Of a DNA stretch of 64,000 nucleotides, positions 59,244-64,000 are shown one piece after another. The DNA is from a virus. Numbering within the stretch: position 1 is the first letter of the stretch; each line of letters begins with the position of its first letter. The stretch is from positions 29,331 to 93,330 of IMG/VR virus record IMGVR_UViG_3300030105_002498, one strand, 5' to 3'. Made by a program: the position numbers and the translations under genes. Under the pieces are notes generated by a model that was not told the origin of the DNA, made no database searches, and was given only the letters and a program-made list of their open reading frames with translations.

Positions 59244-59674
59244 TATTTATTAGCATCTCTGATTCGACCAAGTTCCATCCCTAACCACATTCTTGCTTCC
59301 ATTGTTTTTTGGGTTAAAGCTACAATCACAGTACTTGTATGTGGAGAAGGCTCTTCTTCTAAAGCAAGCCTCATCATAGGTGTCAATCCTTTTAGTATTT
59401 GCCTCATTTCATCAAGGATAGCAATTTTTCCCTTTGTTTCCAAGACTTCTGAATGGGATTCATTAAAGTTTTCAATATCTTCTACTGACTTTCTTTTTCC
59501 ATCATTGACATAAGGACTAGGACGACCTGAAAGCACACCATGTAAAGCTCCTGAATACATCATTGCCTCTTGCAACTTAGTTTTTACAGTTGAGATTTCT
59601 CTACTCCTCCCTTCTACGGAGTCTAGAGTGTTAATGAGTGTGATAAATTTTGCTCTTACTTCTGAAAAATCCAT
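59243..59674 (-). CDS. Acb2/Tad1-like helical hairpin protein (tandem repeat)
   Basis: SREISTVKTKLQEAMMY and ALTQKTMEARMWLG resemble the SRE.S.A.TKL(E/Q)EA.MW motif. Confidence 0.55.
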   Translation of the reverse strand: MDFSEVRAKFITLINTLDSVEGRSREISTVKTKLQEAMMYSGALHGVLSGRPSPYVNDGKRKSVEDIENFNESHSEVLETKGKIAILDEMRQILKGLTPMMRLALEEEPSPHTSTVIVALTQKTMEARMWLGMELGRIRDANK

Positions 59675-59692
59675 AATATAAATTTTAAATGT

Positions 59693-60454
59693 TTAAAATA
59701 CTAACTTAAATAAAACTCCAGCTCCAGCTTGAAAGCCAGAACTAATAGTGCCATCTTTATTCCTGGTAAAACCATAACCTCCATAAGTACCCAATGAAAA
59801 CTTACTCCCTTTTGTGTCAGTAACTTTATAAGTTCTGACAGATTTAGTTGTTGAGTAAGGATTAAAATTGGAGACATCAACAAAAGGTTTAGGTTTCTTA
59901 AAGAGGTTTTTGAGACCTTTCTTTTTCTCTTTGCCAATTACAACAGAGTACTCATTGAGTATCTTCTGTTTTAAGAATAGACTATCAAATCCCATAGTAA
60001 TATCACCTTCAACCCAAGTCTTACCTTTATCAATAAGTTTAAAGTCTCTGTGATAAATAGGATAAGTAAGACCTTCCACGACAGTTTCACCTACAATCTT
60101 AATCCTATCAGTAAATACTGTGTCAATTCTAAACTCAGTTTGCACATAAGTTACATTGCCACCTTTCTTCAGCTCTTTGGAGAACTTTTTTACTTGTACT
60201 TGAAGTGCCATGATTAATGAGTCAGTAGTCTTAGCTTTGAGGAAGTCTTTTGTCCTCGCTGTTTCTATTGCCTGGATTCTAGCTCGGCTTACACCATCTT
60301 TATCTATCCAGGTGTCTAGTGTATCATTCATGGCAGCTACCATATTTTTTTGCTCTTGGAGTTTATTATCTGCCCTGTTACCTAGATAGAAAAAAAGACC
60401 TAGTAAAACTAAAAGAACTAAAATTACAATGTTTTTAACCCAGTCCTTACTCAT
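59693..60454 (-). CDS. spanin-like envelope protein
   Basis: N-terminal TM helix, coiled coil, C-terminal beta hairpin ending in Phe. Confidence 0.55.
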   Translation of the reverse strand: MSKDWVKNIVILVLLVLLGLFFYLGNRADNKLQEQKNMVAAMNDTLDTWIDKDGVSRARIQAIETARTKDFLKAKTTDSLIMALQVQVKKFSKELKKGGNVTYVQTEFRIDTVFTDRIKIVGETVVEGLTYPIYHRDFKLIDKGKTWVEGDITMGFDSLFLKQKILNEYSVVIGKEKKKGLKNLFKKPKPFVDVSNFNPYSTTKSVRTYKVTDTKGSKFSLGTYGGYGFTRNKDGTISSGFQAGAGVLFKLVF

Positions 60455-60816
60455 AAGTCAGCTATTTTACAGTCATCTAAATAAGTCTCTACTGTGTGCC
60501 ATGTAATTCCTAAGTTTGCATCATGATTACTCATCATACTTTCTAAAGCTCCATAGAATTCTTTTTCATCATAAAAAGCTCTCCAGTATTTACCTTTATT
60601 TTGTTCAGCTTGACTCTCAAAATCTGCAACAGACCAGTAAACTCCTAGCACTCCTGGAGATAACATCTTAATTTGTGCTGGAGGTCCTGTTTGCATACCC
60701 AGAGTAATCTCACTAAAAATTGTAGTTTCAACACTTTGAACCTCTCCTAAATTAGGGAAGCTAGTAATAAAATTTTTTACTATAGCTAAAGCTGATGTTA
60801 AAATAGTTAGTTTCAT
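60451..60816 (-). CDS. hypothetical protein
   Basis: ORF track; ATGA coupling. Confidence 0.65.
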   Translation of the reverse strand: MKLTILTSALAIVKNFITSFPNLGEVQSVETTIFSEITLGMQTGPPAQIKMLSPGVLGVYWSVADFESQAEQNKGKYWRAFYDEKEFYGALESMMSNHDANLGITWHTVETYLDDCKIADL

Positions 60817-61082
60817 AATTCTGAATTTTGAGATGAATAATAAGTTGCATAAGTTTCTAAGTCTCCACTAGTAACAGAAACTTGTGTTCTTCCTACTGAC
60901 CAACCTTCAGAATCTAAAAATCGGATATTCTTAGAGTGTAAGTTTACAACTATTTGACATCCTTTTAAATTGTTGGTAAAATACAGACTTCTTGTTCCTG
61001 CTACATGAGCATGCCTATAACCAATCATTTTGATATAGTCAAGAAATCTTTGGTCTGCTTTAAAATGAATTAATTTTTTCAT
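60813..61082 (-). CDS. hypothetical protein
   Basis: ORF track. Confidence 0.65.
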   Translation of the reverse strand: MKKLIHFKADQRFLDYIKMIGYRHAHVAGTRSLYFTNNLKGCQIVVNLHSKNIRFLDSEGWSVGRTQVSVTSGDLETYATYYSSQNSEL

Positions 61083-61134
61083 TTCATAAAAATTTTGTGC
61101 GTTAATAAATAGAAAACTTATTCGGAGATAAAGC

Positions 61135-61599
61135 TCATACTGTTGTCAGATTGTCGTAGCTATCTTGTAAAGCTTCTTCAACGTTAACTCCATAGTCAGA
61201 TGCAATCCTACATACAGCAATGGAAAATTGACATAAGATGCCACTTAAATTAATAAAGTCTACATAATTTTCACCTTTGTAATGGTCTTTTGTCATTTCT
61301 GCTATCTCCCCTAAAAGTCTATTTGCAGTATTAATGCAAATAGTTCGGGAAAGTCCCCTAGGCATGAATTGCATATCACTAGGGGCAAAAACTATAAGAA
61401 AAGGCATTTCAACCTCTTTACAAAGAGCTGCTGTGAACCAGCAAACACTTCCAAATTTTTCTGTAAGTCTTTCTTCTGTAGATGCTTGTAAGAATCGTTG
61501 GTACTCTCCCATGAGTCCTAATGTCAAATACCCTAATCCAAATTCTTTAGGGTAATTTGCTGTGGCTTTTACCATCTCTTGGTAATCGTGTAAGTTCAT
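61135..61599 (-). CDS. MazG-like NTP pyrophosphohydrolase fold, degenerate
   Basis: MNLHDYQ...TANYP...YLTLGLMGE and LLGEIAEMTK resemble MazG-like repeats; the ELGD motif is replaced. Confidence 0.6.
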   Translation of the reverse strand: MNLHDYQEMVKATANYPKEFGLGYLTLGLMGEYQRFLQASTEERLTEKFGSVCWFTAALCKEVEMPFLIVFAPSDMQFMPRGLSRTICINTANRLLGEIAEMTKDHYKGENYVDFINLSGILCQFSIAVCRIASDYGVNVEEALQDSYDNLTTV

Positions 61600-61723
61600 C
61601 TCTAACTTTGTTTATTCTATCCTCTCTTTCTAAATTCTCTTCAGTCCAACCTAGTTCTTTTTCTAGGTCAGCTAAAGAGGATTTAGTCATGAGAGAATAA
61701 AGTTTTTTTAAATAAATTGACAT
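61547..61723 (-). CDS. hypothetical protein (58 aa, below the cutoff)
   Basis: own translation MSIYLKKLYSLMTKSSLADLEKELGWTEE...; starts 1 nt after the stop of the GroES-like gene. Confidence 0.45.
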   Translation of the reverse strand: MSIYLKKLYSLMTKSSLADLEKELGWTEENLEREDRINKVRDELTRLPRDGKSHSKLP

Positions 61724-61724
61724 A

Positions 61725-62060
61725 TTATACCAAGTCGATAGGTGATTCCTTAATTACCTGGTCTTCACCTGGAGCAGGATTATCAATAGCAATGACATCA
61801 TCAAAATGAATCACACTAAAAATAATTCCATGTTCAGGAGTTCTCTTGATAGTCTTACTCGATAAGAATTGGACATAAGTTGGAAATACTACATGGTCTC
61901 CAATTTCTACAAGACCTTCAGGACAGTCAGGACCTATTTGCTCTACTGTTTGTACAATGTCAAATAAATCTTGGTCATCTTTAGCAGTCCCAATTAATAA
62001 TTTTTTCTTACCGAATAACTCCTGCTTAATAAGCAATCTTTTTCCTAATACTTTAATCAT
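61725..62060 (-). CDS. GroES-like co-chaperonin
   Basis: IKVLGKRLLIK...VEQIGPD...VEIGDHVVF...DDVIAI; start moved to ATG 62060. Confidence 0.75.
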   Translation of the reverse strand: MIKVLGKRLLIKQELFGKKKLLIGTAKDDQDLFDIVQTVEQIGPDCPEGLVEIGDHVVFPTYVQFLSSKTIKRTPEHGIIFSVIHFDDVIAIDNPAPGEDQVIKESPIDLV

Positions 62061-62061
62061 G

Positions 62062-62580
62062 TTACGATTTTTTAAGTTCATTAAATCTTTTCAAAAACTC
62101 TCTTTTAGCTTTGGCAGGATTCCAAAAATCAAATCCTTGGAACATCGAGCCATCAACTTTAAAACTCTCCCATTCATACACTAAAGCACTTCTGTCAGTA
62201 GTTTTTACATCTGGGTCATAAGGATAATCAAAATTAAACTTACATGCAATTTTTTTCTGAAGTAAATCTTCTAATCTTTGATAATTAGGTAATAAAGCTT
62301 TTAGTGGAGATGGAACATCCCCCATGTAAGCTTCACTAGCATCATGCATCAAAGCTTGAAGCTTAACACTATCCTTAGTAACTTTGTCACAACACCAACA
62401 AGAATGTTGGGCAACACTATATAATCCTGGAGTATGTCCCATCCACCTAGGTATCAAACTAAGTGCATGGGCAATATCTTCAATTATAATAGTGTCTTCC
62501 TCCATTTCAAGATAGTTAAAGAACAAACCACTTTCAGTCATTATAGAGTTCGGAGTGAATAAGCCATTTGTTACTATCAT
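62062..62580 (-). CDS. HD-domain phosphohydrolase (YfbR/5'-deoxynucleotidase-like)
   Basis: IEDIAHALS...R..GH....YSVAQHS...LMHDASEAYMGD; start moved to ATG 62580. Confidence 0.85.
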   Translation of the reverse strand: MIVTNGLFTPNSIMTESGLFFNYLEMEEDTIIIEDIAHALSLIPRWMGHTPGLYSVAQHSCWCCDKVTKDSVKLQALMHDASEAYMGDVPSPLKALLPNYQRLEDLLQKKIACKFNFDYPYDPDVKTTDRSALVYEWESFKVDGSMFQGFDFWNPAKAKREFLKRFNELKKS

Positions 62581-62700
62581 AGTTCTCTTGTTTTTGTAAC
62601 ACAAGATTCACATCGTAAAGGTAAGTGTAATTTATATTTTGGTACATAAACTATATTCTTACAGTTCAGATGGATACAATCTTTTGGTTTAGTGTTCATG

Positions 62701-64000
62701 TTAAATATTTAAAAAGTAAAGTTCCTTCTTAGCTCTAGTTCTTGCAACATACTTCAGGTTCATTTCCTGCTTCTGTTGTTCTTCAGTTATGGCAAAGTTA
62801 GAAGGAATTAAATTCTCATTCACAATATATACTGTATCAGCTTCAAGTCCTTTTGACTTGTGGATAGTACATAACATAATTGAATCTTTCTTTCCTACAA
62901 ATAAAGATTTTACCTCTTGGATAAAACTCTTCATTCCTCCTGTACCAAAGTAACCAAGACCTTTAGCTAGTCTGTTAAAATTCGTAAAATTCTGTTGAAA
63001 GACCCAAAGATTTAGTTCGGCTTTATCACCTTTCTTATTCTCTAAAGTCTTCAACTTAACCAACATCTTAGCTTTTGCAATTTGAATACTCCCTCCAGCA
63101 TAAGGATTTAAAAACCTAACAACTGAAGTCAAAATATCTTCTCCTTTAATGTAAGCTGACTTACCATTGAGTATAAGCTGAAAGTACAAGTCAATTAAAG
63201 GACTTGAGTTTCTACAAATAACCATGGCTTTATCTTTAATTAAAAGAGGGTCACCAATAGTCTCTACTATTCCTTCATTTTTAGAGTGAGGTAACATTAC
63301 ATTGTACACTTCATTCGCTGAGTTGATTATTGAAGTATCACATCTATAGCAAATATCAAGTACACATTCTTGTACATTACCTTTATCTAAAAACAAATCA
63401 AAAGACTTTGAGTAAGCTCCACTAAATCCATACACACTTTGATTTCTATCTCCAACTGCAATCCATTTTTCAATACAACCTTGTCCTAATAACTTATCAA
63501 TAAGAGCATGTTGGCATAAGTTTAAATCTTGTGCCTCATCAATCATCAAGTAAGTTGGAGCTATTGGTATTGTTAAATCCATTGCAACAGGGAGATAAAC
63601 CATGTCTGTAAAATCAATAGTAATTGTCTTACCTTTGTAACTCTCTGCTCTAAGTTCAAGAAATCCTTTCCAAAAATGAGCTAAATTAGGAGCTATAAAT
63701 AGATTCTTCCCTATCCCAGCAGCATTCTCCATTATAGTTTGCATGTCATCAGTTAAGAATAGTCTTGAAATGTCATTCATATCCATAAGGGTATAAGTTA
63801 ACCTCAATTTATCCTCCCAAGTCATCATTCTAAATTTTACTTTCTCCTTTTTCTGTAATTCTTTGATTAAATCAAAGTTCTTCCCTTTGTTTACTACACA
63901 TCTTTTCCATTTCTTCACAGCAGAGAATCCTAAACTGTGAACTGTAAGTGATTTCCCTTGGTCAAGACCTCGACTCTCAATTTGATTTTGAATCTCCTCA
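62701..64000 (-). CDS. SF1 (UvrD/Rep-like) helicase, 5' end outside the window
   Basis: IDEAQD, VGDRNQSVYGFSGA, CYRC, TIHKSKGLEAD, YVARTRAK; frame stays open upstream (...LTVHSLGFS) to the window edge. Confidence 0.9.
   Translation of the reverse strand, partial: EEIQNQIESRGLDQGKSLTVHSLGFSAVKKWKRCVVNKGKNFDLIKELQKKEKVKFRMMTWEDKLRLTYTLMDMNDISRLFLTDDMQTIMENAAGIGKNLFIAPNLAHFWKGFLELRAESYKGKTITIDFTDMVYLPVAMDLTIPIAPTYLMIDEAQDLNLCQHALIDKLLGQGCIEKWIAVGDRNQSVYGFSGAYSKSFDLFLDKGNVQECVLDICYRCDTSIINSANEVYNVMLPHSKNEGIVETIGDPLLIKDKAMVICRNSSPLIDLYFQLILNGKSAYIKGEDILTSVVRFLNPYAGGSIQIAKAKMLVKLKTLENKKGDKAELNLWVFQQNFTNFNRLAKGLGYFGTGGMKSFIQEVKSLFVGKKDSIMLCTIHKSKGLEADTVYIVNENLIPSNFAITEEQQKQEMNLKYVARTRAKKELYFLNI

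Noticed and set aside
59701-59937. Embedded o-spanin in an alternate frame of the spanin-like gene
   Set aside because: No signal peptide with a lipobox Cys; probably a spurious frame.
904-62184. Many 60-156 aa ORF-track entries antisense to or nested in long genes (e.g. 904-1155, 5941-6210, 8409-8756, 15123-15473, 39340-39777, 42487-42957, 55619-55993, 61334-61555)
   Set aside because: They overlap well-supported genes, have the Ser/Leu/Phe-rich composition of shadow frames and contain no motifs.
61135-62580. 2-aminoadenine (Z-genome) pathway suggested by HD plus MazG
   Set aside because: No PurZ homologue in the window and the MazG-like protein looks catalytically degenerate; the rest of the genome is unseen.

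Overview
This is a 64 kb, AT-rich segment of a crAss-like (Crassvirales-type) podophage, most likely infecting a Bacteroidota/Flavobacteriia host. Host evidence: (T/C)TTG-N20-TAnnTT(T)G promoters and A-rich, Shine-Dalgarno-poor translation starts. The genetic code is standard. Layout: (1) small minus-strand genes (1-1986); (2) a G-rich divergence point (~2100-2160); (3) a three-tRNA operon (Tyr-GUA, Ile2-type CAU, Thr-UGU; 2686-2928); (4) a long plus-strand virion module (3605-59016) with HU/IHF-like genes, terminase, portal, scaffold, major capsid, ring/hub proteins, four fibres, holin, tail tube and stabilisation proteins, cargo proteins and a 4678-aa virion RNA polymerase polyprotein (DFDVD); (5) a convergent minus-strand module with an Acb2/Tad1-like protein, spanin-like protein, degenerate MazG, GroES-like protein, HD hydrolase and a truncated SF1 helicase. 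The most striking feature is an unannotated ribosome-dependent attenuator in front of the tRNA operon. An 18-codon leader peptide (2551-2607) contains seven consecutive codons, ATA-ACT-ATA-TAT-ACT-TAT-ACT (I-T-I-Y-T-Y-T), that are exactly those read by the three downstream tRNAs. It is followed by mutually exclusive protector, antiterminator and terminator helices. The inference is that the phage makes its tRNAs only when the matching host tRNAs run short. All protein assignments come from motif recognition and gene order, not database searches.
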